64,000 bases of DNA, from contig JANYIG010000093.1 in NCBI GenBank assembly GCA_025358765.1, positions 65,355 to 129,354 of the forward strand, written 5' to 3'. This document shows, piece by piece, positions 1 through 9,283 of the stretch. Within the stretch, counting starts at the first letter, position 1. Each line of letters begins with the position of its first letter. The notes beneath the pieces were generated by a model. That model did not search any database. It was not told the DNA's origin and saw only the letters and a list, made by a program, of their open reading frames with translations. Source of the DNA: Candidatus Kapaibacterium sp. (GTDB lineage Bacteria; Bacteroidota; Ignavibacteria; Kapaibacteriales; UBA4661). A program made the position numbers and the translations under genes.

Positions 1-22
1 CGCCCCGCCGCGAGATTTTGCA

Positions 23-727
23 ATGGAAGAGCGAGGGTTCAAAAAAACATTTCCGCCTAAACGTTTTGATGATAGGAAATCGGGTGGCTACGCTGGTAAA
101 TCCTACGGCAATAAATCCTACGACGACAAACCACGGTTCCGCAAAGAAGGTGAATCGGACGGTTCCGAAGGCGGCAAACGCAGTGATCGTCCACGTTTTG
201 GTGCAGGCGGAGGTAATGATCGTCCACGTTTTGATGGCGGGAATAAACCATACAGCAGTAAACCATACGGGAGCAAGCCATATGGAGACAAGCCACGGTT
301 CCGTAAAGAAGGTGAATCGGGCGGTTCCGAAGGTGGCGAACGCAGTGAGCGTCCGCGCTTTAGCGGCGGTAGTGATAGTCCACGTTTTGGTTCGGGCGGC
401 TCAGGTGGTGATAGTCCACGTTTTGGAAGCAAACCGCGTTTTGGTGCAGGTGGTTCAGGCGGTGCTAAACCTTACGGTGATAAACCACGGTTCCGCAAAG
501 AGGGTGAATCCAGCAGTTCCGAAGGCGGTGAACGGAGTGAGCGCCCACGATTTGGTTCAGGCGCTTCAGGTGGCGAACGCCCACGTTTCGGCGCAGGCGG
601 TTCGGGCGGTGGAAAGAAATTTGGCGGTGGTGGTTACAAAAGCGGCGGCAGACCAGCGGGAAAACCCTACGGGAAACCAGGCGGCAGACCGGGCGGAAAA
701 CCATTCGGCAAAAAACGCGAAGAATAA
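23..727 (+). CDS. Arg/Gly/Ser-rich low-complexity repeat protein, possibly the RGG-like C-terminal tail of an upstream RNA-binding protein such as a DEAD-box helicase. The reading frame is open back to position 2, so the gene may start outside the window.
   Basis: 234-aa ORF with three imperfect protein repeats (KPYGDKPRFRKEGES.GSEGGERSERPRFG.GGSGG). There is no stop in frame between position 2 and the ATG at 23. An overlapping 244-aa ORF in another frame (18..752) is judged an artefact of the repeat. Confidence 0.45.
   Translation: MEERGFKKTFPPKRFDDRKSGGYAGKSYGNKSYDDKPRFRKEGESDGSEGGKRSDRPRFGAGGGNDRPRFDGGNKPYSSKPYGSKPYGDKPRFRKEGESGGSEGGERSERPRFSGGSDSPRFGSGGSGGDSPRFGSKPRFGAGGSGGAKPYGDKPRFRKEGESSSSEGGERSERPRFGSGASGGERPRFGAGGSGGGKKFGGGGYKSGGRPAGKPYGKPGGRPGGKPFGKKREE
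125..618 (+). repeat. Imperfect tandem DNA repeat, about 165-190 bp unit x3, inside the RG-rich ORF
   Basis: The units starting at 125, 290 and 481 all begin with the same motif (gacaaaccacggttccgcaaagaaggtgaatcg; gacaagccacggttccgtaaagaaggtgaatcg; aaaccacggttccgcaaagagggtgaatcc) and continue in parallel. Confidence 0.7.
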
Positions 728-888
728 CCGCGATGGCTTAGGTTACGTGTAATTTGGATACTATCAAGATTTCGGAACCCTCTTCAAAGACGGTTCCGAA
801 CTTGAGATCGTTTAAAAAAATGAGGAGATAGTTCGCTAAGTGAGGAATTGCTCTGAAACCCCACCATCACCATAAAAGGACAACGACC

Positions 889-2805
889 ATGAATATCCAG
901 ACTATCATCTGCCTCCTTCTCCCTCACGAAACCGTGGCAGCAGAAGGTGCCATCGTTTCAATGGCGGATGAGGGAAAAACACGCACATCCTTCAAACTCC
1001 ATACTGTGCTTGTTACCGCGCTTGTAGTGCTTACGTTCGCGGCAAGCGCCCAAGCACAAACCACAACCGCTACACCGACACGTTTTCTGAAGTTGTTGGG
1101 GCAACGTTTGGACGGCTCCACTACGCTGACCGTGAGCATTGGTCCGTTTCGAGCGGATGTAGTAAGTAATGCGAGCATCATTGCCGCTGTGATGGATTCT
1201 ACAGGCGCGATAATAACGACTGAAAACACGCTGCAAGCCAGCCTCACGCTGGATTCGCCGAATGATGGATTGTATTCACGTGCGTTAGTCGCTCGATTTG
1301 ATTATGCTCACCCAACAGAAACAAAATTCGCCCCCGTGCAAGCACAAAACGGTATCTTTACCTTTCAGGGATTTTGCATGCTGGGCAGAGCCTCTTCTTC
1401 TCTCATACTCGGCATCACCACAACGATTGCGACTGTACAGGCAACAAACACTACCGTGAGACTACGTGGTGGTGATGCATATAGTGCCGATTTTGCCAAA
1501 CTAAAAAATGGTCTGTATGCAACGGCAGGGTATCACACTGGACGCACCGCTACAGGAAATACCATTATCCTTCCGGGCGCTCTCTCATCCATTGTTGTGG
1601 GTAAGCCAGTTCGTTTTAACAACACTGATTCAACTGATTTTAATGTTATTACATTGATAACCTACGACCCTTTTGGAAACATTGCTACTAACTCAACAGC
1701 TGCCGCAATTTTCTTAGCAGGAGGAAATCCACCTCTAAACCAAGCCTTCACACCACTTTTAAATTATCAAAGAGTATGGTCTGATGCTACAACTGGCATT
1801 GCCTCGTTTCCTGATTTTCAAGCATGGGGTGTGACAAGTAATAATGTCCAGCTTATTGGTATTGTCGCAGGTAATTGCGATCGGTGTTATCATGGGGTTG
1901 ATTTCAATACTTCCTCCACCGTCCACCTCATTGCGAGTGAAGCTGTGGGCATCGCACCAGTGTTGATGGAAGACAAAACAGATACCAACAAATTGGTCAC
2001 TGTGCCATCACAAATGTTCGTTGGGCAGACTGCACCAACCTTTCGTTTCAAAGCTGTTGACCAATTTGGCAATCAAGTTTCCGGCGACCCCGTTACGGGC
2101 GTGGGTGCGTACAACGGCGGCATAGCCACCATCTCGTTTCCGTCTCCGGGTACGACCAGAATCACAAACACGGGAGCAGGTTCCCAAAGCACCAATGATT
2201 CCACGATTATTGCTGTTCGTTTAGGTGTGAATCCCGACAATCCTATTCCCACACGCCAATTTGCTGCAAAGTCTGGCTTCACAGCAGTGTCCGAGCGAGG
2301 GCTGTACACATTTAACAAATTTGTGCCGGATTTACCCACAAGCCAGACCGATAAAACCCTCGACGTGTTGATGTGTGTGAGCGACCCGAAGCTGCTTGGT
2401 GTTCCAAGCAGCTTGAATCCTGATAAACCTTATCAAACTTTCAACCACTATAACGTGCCCGCCTTCAACGTCATTCCACCTGTGACAACAGCAACAACCA
2501 CGTTTGTGAGAAATCCCCTTATGACGGTAGCGGTAGCAGTCACAGGCACGATACCAATGAATGTGCAACCCAATCCTAGTTCTGGCAGGGCGGTTTGCAC
2601 AGTTTCCCTTCCGAGCAGCGAACGCATTGTCCTCAAGGTTTATACTGCTCTCGGCACGGAGCTTGCCACCATTGCCGACGGCGTGTTTGCTGCCGGAGAG
2701 CAACGGTTTGAGTGGGATGTTTCTGGTGTTCCGAGCGGTGTGTATCTTGTGCGGTTGCAAGCGGGCGGCATCGTGCAGACGGCGAAGGTGGTGGTGGTGA
2801 AGTGA
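889..2805 (+). CDS. Secreted protein with T9SS (Por) C-terminal sorting domain. The likely true start is the ATG at 961, which precedes a signal peptide.
   Basis: The C-terminus (LKVYTALGTELATIADGVF...GVYLVRLQAGGIVQTAKVVVVK) matches the type-A Por_Secre_tail pattern. The N-terminal hydrophobic signal is LVTALVVLTFAASAQAQ. The N-terminal 24 residues before M25 lack signal features. Confidence 0.65.
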   Translation: MNIQTIICLLLPHETVAAEGAIVSMADEGKTRTSFKLHTVLVTALVVLTFAASAQAQTTTATPTRFLKLLGQRLDGSTTLTVSIGPFRADVVSNASIIAAVMDSTGAIITTENTLQASLTLDSPNDGLYSRALVARFDYAHPTETKFAPVQAQNGIFTFQGFCMLGRASSSLILGITTTIATVQATNTTVRLRGGDAYSADFAKLKNGLYATAGYHTGRTATGNTIILPGALSSIVVGKPVRFNNTDSTDFNVITLITYDPFGNIATNSTAAAIFLAGGNPPLNQAFTPLLNYQRVWSDATTGIASFPDFQAWGVTSNNVQLIGIVAGNCDRCYHGVDFNTSSTVHLIASEAVGIAPVLMEDKTDTNKLVTVPSQMFVGQTAPTFRFKAVDQFGNQVSGDPVTGVGAYNGGIATISFPSPGTTRITNTGAGSQSTNDSTIIAVRLGVNPDNPIPTRQFAAKSGFTAVSERGLYTFNKFVPDLPTSQTDKTLDVLMCVSDPKLLGVPSSLNPDKPYQTFNHYNVPAFNVIPPVTTATTTFVRNPLMTVAVAVTGTIPMNVQPNPSSGRAVCTVSLPSSERIVLKVYTALGTELATIADGVFAAGEQRFEWDVSGVPSGVYLVRLQAGGIVQTAKVVVVK

Positions 2806-3032
2806 GTGTCTGTTGTCCAATGAGGCGAATGAATTTCAATAGGGGTTTTGGGAAATATTTTTATGCGGAATGCCGAGCCTTGATTCAATTGTAGGAGTAA
2901 GTTTAGGTAGAAAAGGATGGTGTAAAATCTGTGGAAAACCCTTATTCATTGGCGTACAAGTTTTTACTAACTTGCGTCTGCTGCAATGGTGTAGCAATCG
3001 GGCAGCAATAACGAAGATGTAGCACGAATGGG

Positions 3033-4943
3033 ATGAAATTAGAACTTATGACGCTTTTCAACGCGGCAGCAGAGGATTCAGCCACCAATACGGTGCACCA
3101 CCAATCACCAATTCTTCATCTCCCAACAGCAAACACGAGTCCGGGCATAATGATTCCCGGTATTACGCTTTCCGGTGCATTCCGCTTACGGCGCGGGCAG
3201 CATGAGTTTCTGCTCAAACTTGCTGAGGCATTCCGCGAGCGTGAAGCGAATCATCTCGGCGTGTTCGTGCCGGGCTATGGCAAAACAATTACCGCATTAG
3301 CATCGTTTCTTGTGGCGCGTTCGTTGTGTATCGCACAAAAGCTGGTTGTATTCGTGCCGCGTGGCAATCTGCGTGACCAATACGCTGATCCAAAAGAATT
3401 AGGGACGATTATGCGGCATCTCGGTGCACCACCACTTTCGTTTTGTATTGCCGACAATGAACGTGCCTTTCTGAAAAATCTCCACACCGATGTCATTATA
3501 ACCACATATCAGTATGCAAGCGGTCGCGGCGGCAACGAAGCCCTGTTGCAATTTTGCCGTAGAACATTGTGTATGTTTGTGTTCGACGAGGTGCATCATT
3601 TGTCCGAAGAAGGCACGTGGGCAATGAATATCAAAAAATTCCCCTTTGCCTGTAGTGTAGCGCTCTCTGGAACGCCCATGCGCTCCGATAACAAAACACT
3701 CTTTGGCGTTCCGACGGAAACGAGGCAGGGAGCCGATGGGAAGCTCACACAATTTTACACGCCACTCCACGAAGTTGCATTGCGCGATGCTCACGCCGAA
3801 GGCAGCATTTTGAAACGTGTGGCAGTGCATGTGATTGACTACAACGTCAAACTCAAGAATACAGACACGGGTGAAATCGTGGATATTTCGCTTTCAAAAA
3901 TGGCGGACGAAAACCGCAACGGCAACGAGGTAGATGCTTTTCTTGCACGAAAAAAACTACGATTTCACGAAGTTTATTTGGATGCCTTGCTGCGTCCAGC
4001 ATTCGAGCGTTTTGGCGAAAAACGCCGCGCTCAACACCAAATATCACTTTCTAATCCTGCCACACACGAAAAGCGTCAACACCAGATGCTCGTTATTGCT
4101 ATGAGCAACGCCCATGCGGCTGCTACTTTGGAGTTTGTGCAAAAGCAATTTCCGCAATATGTTTCAGCCCGCATTGGGCAAGACGTTCCCGATGCCGAGC
4201 GCCAGAAGGCGCTTCAGGCATACCGCAACGGCGCGGTGGATGTGATGGTGCAGGTGGATATGATAGGTGAAGGTACGGACATCAAGCCGATTAGTATCAT
4301 CGTGAAGGCAGATTTGGTGCGAGCGCTGTCCAAAACACTTCAGCAAATTTTTCGGGGAATGAGGTATTATGCGGGTTTTAGCGACGAGGCAAATGTATGC
4401 GACATTTATGCCTCGAACGACTCCGACGTGGTGCAAATTTTAGAATGGATTGCAAGCGAAGAGGAAATCGGCGTGACGCTCAAAACCAAACGCCTTCAGG
4501 AAGAGCGTAAAAGTCGCGAGATGAACGGCACACAACAAGCATGGGAACTGCTTTCGGTGGAACACAACGAAACAGCCACGCATGGTTTAGAGCTTTTTGA
4601 CGGTTATATGCGCCCGATGCCTGTGGTCACAAATAAATCACGCAAGAAAATGGAGCCATTTTTTTCGGTGGATAACGAGCGTCAGAGCCTTCAGTACGCC
4701 TTTGATGTCGTTGCACACGAACGTCAGTTGCGGCAGGAATGTTCCACTCTTGCAGCAAAATTAGCTCTAAGCCTTGCGTCTAATGTTCACACGAGCGGAA
4801 CCCAAAAGCAAAGCGCCATCAGCCAGATTCACGCCGCCGCCATTCGTCGTTTTGCCAAGACGCAAGATGATATGAGCATTCCTGAATTGGCTAAAAAACG
4901 AGATTGGCTCTTGGAATGTTTACGACTGAGAAAAGTGATTTGA
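3033..4943 (+). CDS. Superfamily-2 DExH-box helicase (ResIII/HsdR-like ATPase core) with an uncharacterised 180-aa C-terminal domain
   Basis: Motif I is PGYGKT, motif II is FDEVHH, motif III is SGTP, motif V region is VDMIGEGTDI, and motif VI is QQIFRGMRYY (Q..GR..R). No nuclease motif was recognised. Confidence 0.8.
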   Translation: MKLELMTLFNAAAEDSATNTVHHQSPILHLPTANTSPGIMIPGITLSGAFRLRRGQHEFLLKLAEAFREREANHLGVFVPGYGKTITALASFLVARSLCIAQKLVVFVPRGNLRDQYADPKELGTIMRHLGAPPLSFCIADNERAFLKNLHTDVIITTYQYASGRGGNEALLQFCRRTLCMFVFDEVHHLSEEGTWAMNIKKFPFACSVALSGTPMRSDNKTLFGVPTETRQGADGKLTQFYTPLHEVALRDAHAEGSILKRVAVHVIDYNVKLKNTDTGEIVDISLSKMADENRNGNEVDAFLARKKLRFHEVYLDALLRPAFERFGEKRRAQHQISLSNPATHEKRQHQMLVIAMSNAHAAATLEFVQKQFPQYVSARIGQDVPDAERQKALQAYRNGAVDVMVQVDMIGEGTDIKPISIIVKADLVRALSKTLQQIFRGMRYYAGFSDEANVCDIYASNDSDVVQILEWIASEEEIGVTLKTKRLQEERKSREMNGTQQAWELLSVEHNETATHGLELFDGYMRPMPVVTNKSRKKMEPFFSVDNERQSLQYAFDVVAHERQLRQECSTLAAKLALSLASNVHTSGTQKQSAISQIHAAAIRRFAKTQDDMSIPELAKKRDWLLECLRLRKVI

Positions 4944-4980
4944 GCAGCAGAAAATGTCTAAAAAATACCCCCTAAGTTCC

Positions 4981-5101
4981 AATGTCATTAAGTTAAGTCC
5001 CTCACCCAAACCCTCTCCCAGAAGTAGAGGGCTTCAAATCTCCCTCCTTCTCCCTTTGGGAGAAGGTCGGGATGAGGGAGATTCCTTAACTTAATGCCAT
5101 T
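4981..5101. mobile_element. 121-bp MITE-like hairpin element, copy 1
   Basis: The terminal inverted repeats are AATGTCATTAAGTTAAG at the left end and CTTAACTTAATGCCATT at the right end. The interior contains the palindromes ttctccctttgggagaa and ccctcaccc...gggatgaggg. It is flanked by the direct repeat accccctaagttc at 4967-4979 and 5102-5114. It matches 59841..59961 at 119 of 121 positions. Confidence 0.75.
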
Positions 5102-5142
5102 ACCCCCTAAGTTCAGCCTTTCATCAACTATTCAGCCTTTCA

Positions 5143-5763
5143 TTGATGATTCCCAAAAACCTCATCTTCGACCTCGGCGGCGTATTGTACGACATTGACT
5201 ACGAGTGTGTGGAGCGTGGATTTGCTCAATTGCAAACGCGCAATGTAACAACAGTGCGCTACACGCGGCAAGTACAACCGGAAGTTTTTACACAATACGA
5301 AATCGGCGCTATTTCGTCGTCAGTATTCTGCGAAGGACTTCGACGCGAAATTGGCTTGGAAGGAACCGATGAAGCGATTGCTACGGCGTGGAATTCGATG
5401 CTATTAGGCGTGTTTCCGGGGCGTATAGAAATGCTTGAACGTCTCAAAACTCGCTTTCCTGCTGTACTGTTGAGCAACACGAACGAATTGCACATCAACT
5501 ATGTCCAGCATCAATGCCGTGAACTTTTCGCACAGTTTGACCGCTTGTTTTTATCATACCAAATGGGGTTTCGCAAGCCACAGCCCGCAATTTTTTACGC
5601 CGTGTTGGACACTATGGGCTGGAAGGCTGAAGAAACCTTGTTTGTAGATGATTCCTCGCAACATATCCATGCCGCACAATCGCTTGGCATTCACACTGTC
5701 TGGTTGCAAAGTCCCGATGCGCTCGAATATGTGGCAGAACAGCTGCTTGCGGACGGAATATAA
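5143..5763 (+). CDS. HAD-superfamily hydrolase (subfamily IA-like phosphatase)
   Basis: The N-terminal motif I is LIFDLGGVLYDID. The C-terminal motif IV is FVDDSSQH. The length is 206 aa. Confidence 0.7.
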   Translation: MMIPKNLIFDLGGVLYDIDYECVERGFAQLQTRNVTTVRYTRQVQPEVFTQYEIGAISSSVFCEGLRREIGLEGTDEAIATAWNSMLLGVFPGRIEMLERLKTRFPAVLLSNTNELHINYVQHQCRELFAQFDRLFLSYQMGFRKPQPAIFYAVLDTMGWKAEETLFVDDSSQHIHAAQSLGIHTVWLQSPDALEYVAEQLLADGI

Positions 5764-5787
5764 CCTGCTTACGTCCCTCCATGGACA

Positions 5788-5826
5788 ACATACCTACGAA
5801 ACATACCTACGAGACGTACCTACGAA
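5788..5826 (+). promoter_or_regulatory. Three tandem 13-bp direct repeats (ACRTACCTACGAR) upstream of the SusC-like gene
   Basis: The three units are acatacctacgaa, acatacctacgag and acgtacctacgaa, contiguous about 250 bp upstream of the ATG at 6076. Confidence 0.4.
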
Positions 5827-5910
5827 CAATGCCGCTTCTCGTATTCTCGTAGCACTTGGTTTCTTCTGTCGCCATTTACGTCTCCCGCAGTATGGTTTTT
5901 TGAGGCTCCA

Positions 5911-5930
5911 AATACTGAATTTTCAGTATT
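5911..5930. promoter_or_regulatory. 9-2-9 inverted repeat aatactgaa-tt-ttcagtatt, a candidate operator upstream of the SusC/SusD locus
   Basis: The two 9-bp arms are perfectly inverted. No T-tract follows, so a DNA-binding site is more likely than a terminator. Confidence 0.35.
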
Positions 5931-6075
5931 GACTTTGGCTATCTAAAAAGATATTTTGCTGGCGGCGAAAAACTCTCTGCAAAAGCCTTGTTGAAGGCAT
6001 CATACCTTGTTATTCTGATACACTATAACGACAATTGTCGCTTTTTTCTCAATCTACATTCCTTTAGGAGGTTCT

Positions 6076-9000
6076 ATGAATACACGGCTTCTACGATATG
6101 TATGTGTATTGCTGCTGGCGCTGTGTGCGTGTTCGACGCTCGCATGGGCGCAACGCACGATTACTGGTAAAGTCACCGATGATGATAGCAAACGCCTGCT
6201 TGCTGGCGTAAAAATCCTCGTCAAAGGTGGCAATACTGGCACACTTACCAACAAAGATGGTTCGTATTCCATCAACGCCGGAAGCGCAACGGCGCTTATT
6301 TTCAGCTATATCGGCATGAAAAAGCAGGAGGTTTCCATTGGCGATAAAACGACGGTGGACGTGGTGATGAAAGTAGATTCCAAATTGCTTGACGACGTGG
6401 TTGTGACGGCACTTGGCGTTGAACGCGAACGCCGTGCGGTCAACTATGCCGTGCAGGACATAAAAGCAGACGAAATTTCGCAATCGTCGCAGCAAAACAT
6501 GGTAAACGCGCTGCAAGGCAGAATCGCGGGTGTACAGATTACAAACGCCGGCGGCGCTCCGGGTGCGGGTTCCAGCATTATTATTCGTGGCGGAAACTCG
6601 GTGGATTCTGACAATCAGCCGCTGTTCGTGATTGATGGTATTCCGATGGATAACAACACAACTGCCGAAACTGCAGGCGGCAATAGTTCGCTCAACGCCC
6701 AACTTGCTCGCAGCGTCTCGAACTCCAACCGCGCAATGGACATCAACCCCGACGACATCGAAAGCATGAGTGTTCTTAAAGGTCCTGCTGCTGCTGCACT
6801 CTACGGGCTTCGTGCTGCAAACGGCGTGGTGATTATCACTACCAAACGTGGCTTCAAAGAGAAGTTAGAAGTGACCTACAGTAATTCGTTTTCGTGGGAC
6901 GTGGCAAACAAATTGCCCGAAACACAATCTATCTACAAACAAGGCACGGGCGGCTTTTATGACGTTACGACCCGCAATTCTTACGGTCCGCGTTTTCAGC
7001 CGGGCGAGGCGATATACGACAACATGGGTAATTTTTTCGGGACGGGGTTCGCACAACAACACAACATCAACGTTTCGGGCGCGAGTGATCGCTTAAATTA
7101 TTTTTTCTCCGGCTCATCGTTTAATCAAAAAGGGATTATTCCCGGCACAGACTGGACGCGGCTTTCGTTCCGTTTCAACGGCGGCGCGGCGGTTTCCTCA
7201 AGTTTCAAGATCAACACTTCGCTTAATTATACCAACTCCGGCGGCACAAAAGTGCTTCAAGGCGCAGGCTTGTACACAGGTGATTTTGCCGGTACGGGCG
7301 GATACCTTTGGAGTACGGTGTATTGGCCCAAAAACGACGACATGCGGAACTGGCAAAACTCCGACGGTACAAGGCGGCGCTTCTTGACGAATTCTGCCAC
7401 GACGGACGACGCAGACAATCCATATTTTGCAATCAACAAATGCCCCATCACGGACAATGTTGACCGGATAATCGGCAATGTGAGTATGGTCTATGACCCG
7501 TTTGAATGGCTTAATGTCACGTACCGTGCGGGCGGAGACTTCACAAACGAGCGGAGCCTTAGTGTTCGTGCCTACGGCTCGTCATTACCAAATAGTCAGA
7601 AAGGAAGCATTTCGGAGTCAAAAAATAACCGCGCAAACCTCAGCTCAAATCTCTTGCTCACGTTCAAACCGTATATTTCCGAAGACATTAAGGCTGATTT
7701 TTTGGTCGCAAACTCAGTGGAGACGGAGTACTTTAACGCGACAGATTATTTCGGTAGAAACTTCATTAACCCAGATTTCGTGAGCATCAACAACACTGAC
7801 CCGCTTGAAAACCGTGTGGTGGAGCGCATCACACAGCGCCGTTTGTTCTCGTTTTACGGCAGCGCGAATCTGAACTGGAAAGACAAAGTGTACATCGGCT
7901 TGAACGCCCGTAACGACTGGTCTTCCACGTTGCCGGTGGCAAACCGTTCGTTCTTCTATTATTCCACAACGCTTGGTTATGTGTTTAACGAGGATTTAGG
8001 GTTTGACTTCTTGAGCTACGGCAAACTACGTGGTTCTTATGCTCGCGTGGGCAAAGATGCTTCGCCGTACCGCACGGGAACAGCGCTTACCTCAAATGTC
8101 TATCTTGGCGGCGGCTTCCGTAATGACTTTTGGGCAGGCAATGACCAGCTCAAACCTGAAACAACAGAAGGCATCGAAGCAGGTGTGGAGTTGAAATTCC
8201 TTGACAATCGCATTGGTCTTGATGTCACGGTTTATCGCCAGCGCACCATTGACCAGCTTATTGCGCCACGCATCAGCCAAGGCTCTGGCTTCATCTTTGC
8301 ATATTTGAATGGTGGAACCGTCGAGAACAAAGGCGTGGAAATTCTATTGACTGCAACACCCGTCAGAACTGCCGATTTTTCGTGGTTTTTGGGCGTGAAC
8401 TTCACAGCAAACACGAGCAAAGTTGTCGAGTTGCCGTCGGTGTTGACGGAATTAAATCAGTCCGATGCTTCAGTGACTAATGTTGCACGTGGGTCGGCAT
8501 TCCCGGGTTATCCATTGCAAGCAATCAGTGTAAACGACTACCAACGCTCGACCGATGGAAAAAACAGCATCTTGATTGACGGCACAACGGGGTACCCACT
8601 TTCGATTAACGGCGCGACGTGGAAGTATGCTGGTAATCGTCAGCCAGATGCGATGATTGGCATTACGAATTCCTTCACGCTTGATAATATCACATTTTCG
8701 TTTTTATGGGATATCCGCATCGGCGGCAAAGTTGTGAATGGCACTGAATGGGAAATGGTTCGTGCAGGCATGAGTACAAAAACGCTTGACCGCTACAAAA
8801 CTGCTGTCCTCACGGGCGTTGTACGGACTATCTCCGGCACTGATACCACGTACACTCCAAACACAAAATCAGTAGAGCTTACGGAAAACTATTACCGTCT
8901 CTTTTACGGTGGTGCTGGAGCAAACTTTGTGGAAGATGGTTCGTGGGTGCGCCTCCGGACGGTAAATCTGAGCTATCGTTTCCCAAAAACATTGTTTGAA

Positions 9001-9192
9001 GGCACACCGATTTCCGGCGCGGAAATCACGCTTACAGGCAGAAACCTTCTGCTATTCACGAAATATTCGGGCATGGATCCGGAAGTGTCCGCAGCAGGCG
9101 CAGGCGTGAAAGGTGCTGGCTCGAACGGCATGGATTATCTTGGTATTCCTTCCACGAAGGGCTTCACGGTGGGCTTACGATTGACGCTGTAG
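6076..9192 (+). CDS. SusC/RagA-family TonB-linked outer-membrane transporter
   Basis: 1038 aa. There is a signal peptide. The N-terminal carboxypeptidase-regulatory-like region (TITGKVTDDDSKRLLAGVKILVKGGNTGTLTNKDGSYSI) is followed by a plug domain (DDVVVTALGVERERRAV, DINPDDIESMSVLKGPAAAALYG) and a long beta-barrel. A strong Shine-Dalgarno sequence (taggaggt) precedes the ATG. A SusD-like gene follows. Confidence 0.9.
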   Translation: MNTRLLRYVCVLLLALCACSTLAWAQRTITGKVTDDDSKRLLAGVKILVKGGNTGTLTNKDGSYSINAGSATALIFSYIGMKKQEVSIGDKTTVDVVMKVDSKLLDDVVVTALGVERERRAVNYAVQDIKADEISQSSQQNMVNALQGRIAGVQITNAGGAPGAGSSIIIRGGNSVDSDNQPLFVIDGIPMDNNTTAETAGGNSSLNAQLARSVSNSNRAMDINPDDIESMSVLKGPAAAALYGLRAANGVVIITTKRGFKEKLEVTYSNSFSWDVANKLPETQSIYKQGTGGFYDVTTRNSYGPRFQPGEAIYDNMGNFFGTGFAQQHNINVSGASDRLNYFFSGSSFNQKGIIPGTDWTRLSFRFNGGAAVSSSFKINTSLNYTNSGGTKVLQGAGLYTGDFAGTGGYLWSTVYWPKNDDMRNWQNSDGTRRRFLTNSATTDDADNPYFAINKCPITDNVDRIIGNVSMVYDPFEWLNVTYRAGGDFTNERSLSVRAYGSSLPNSQKGSISESKNNRANLSSNLLLTFKPYISEDIKADFLVANSVETEYFNATDYFGRNFINPDFVSINNTDPLENRVVERITQRRLFSFYGSANLNWKDKVYIGLNARNDWSSTLPVANRSFFYYSTTLGYVFNEDLGFDFLSYGKLRGSYARVGKDASPYRTGTALTSNVYLGGGFRNDFWAGNDQLKPETTEGIEAGVELKFLDNRIGLDVTVYRQRTIDQLIAPRISQGSGFIFAYLNGGTVENKGVEILLTATPVRTADFSWFLGVNFTANTSKVVELPSVLTELNQSDASVTNVARGSAFPGYPLQAISVNDYQRSTDGKNSILIDGTTGYPLSINGATWKYAGNRQPDAMIGITNSFTLDNITFSFLWDIRIGGKVVNGTEWEMVRAGMSTKTLDRYKTAVLTGVVRTISGTDTTYTPNTKSVELTENYYRLFYGGAGANFVEDGSWVRLRTVNLSYRFPKTLFEGTPISGAEITLTGRNLLLFTKYSGMDPEVSAAGAGVKGAGSNGMDYLGIPSTKGFTVGLRLTL

Positions 9193-9283
9193 CTTTGTAA
9201 TGAAGAATTAGGAATTGAGAATTAAGAATTTTCTCGTTCCTCATTTGTATTATTATTCCACATCAAGACAATACTATTTTATT

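Noticed and set aside
18-752. 244-aa ORF overlapping the RG-rich ORF in another frame
   Set aside because: It is open only because of the repetitive GC-rich codon structure. The 23..727 frame gives a coherent RGG-type repeat protein.
6091-6702. 203-aa minus-strand ORF within the SusC-like gene
   Set aside because: It is antisense to a well-supported long gene, so it is a typical shadow ORF.
9215-9283. The first 23 codons of the SusD ORF as annotated in the track
   Set aside because: The sequence (MRIKNFLVPHLYYYSTSRQYYFI) lacks signal-peptide character. The lipoprotein signal begins at M24/M26, so the upstream part is more likely 5' UTR.
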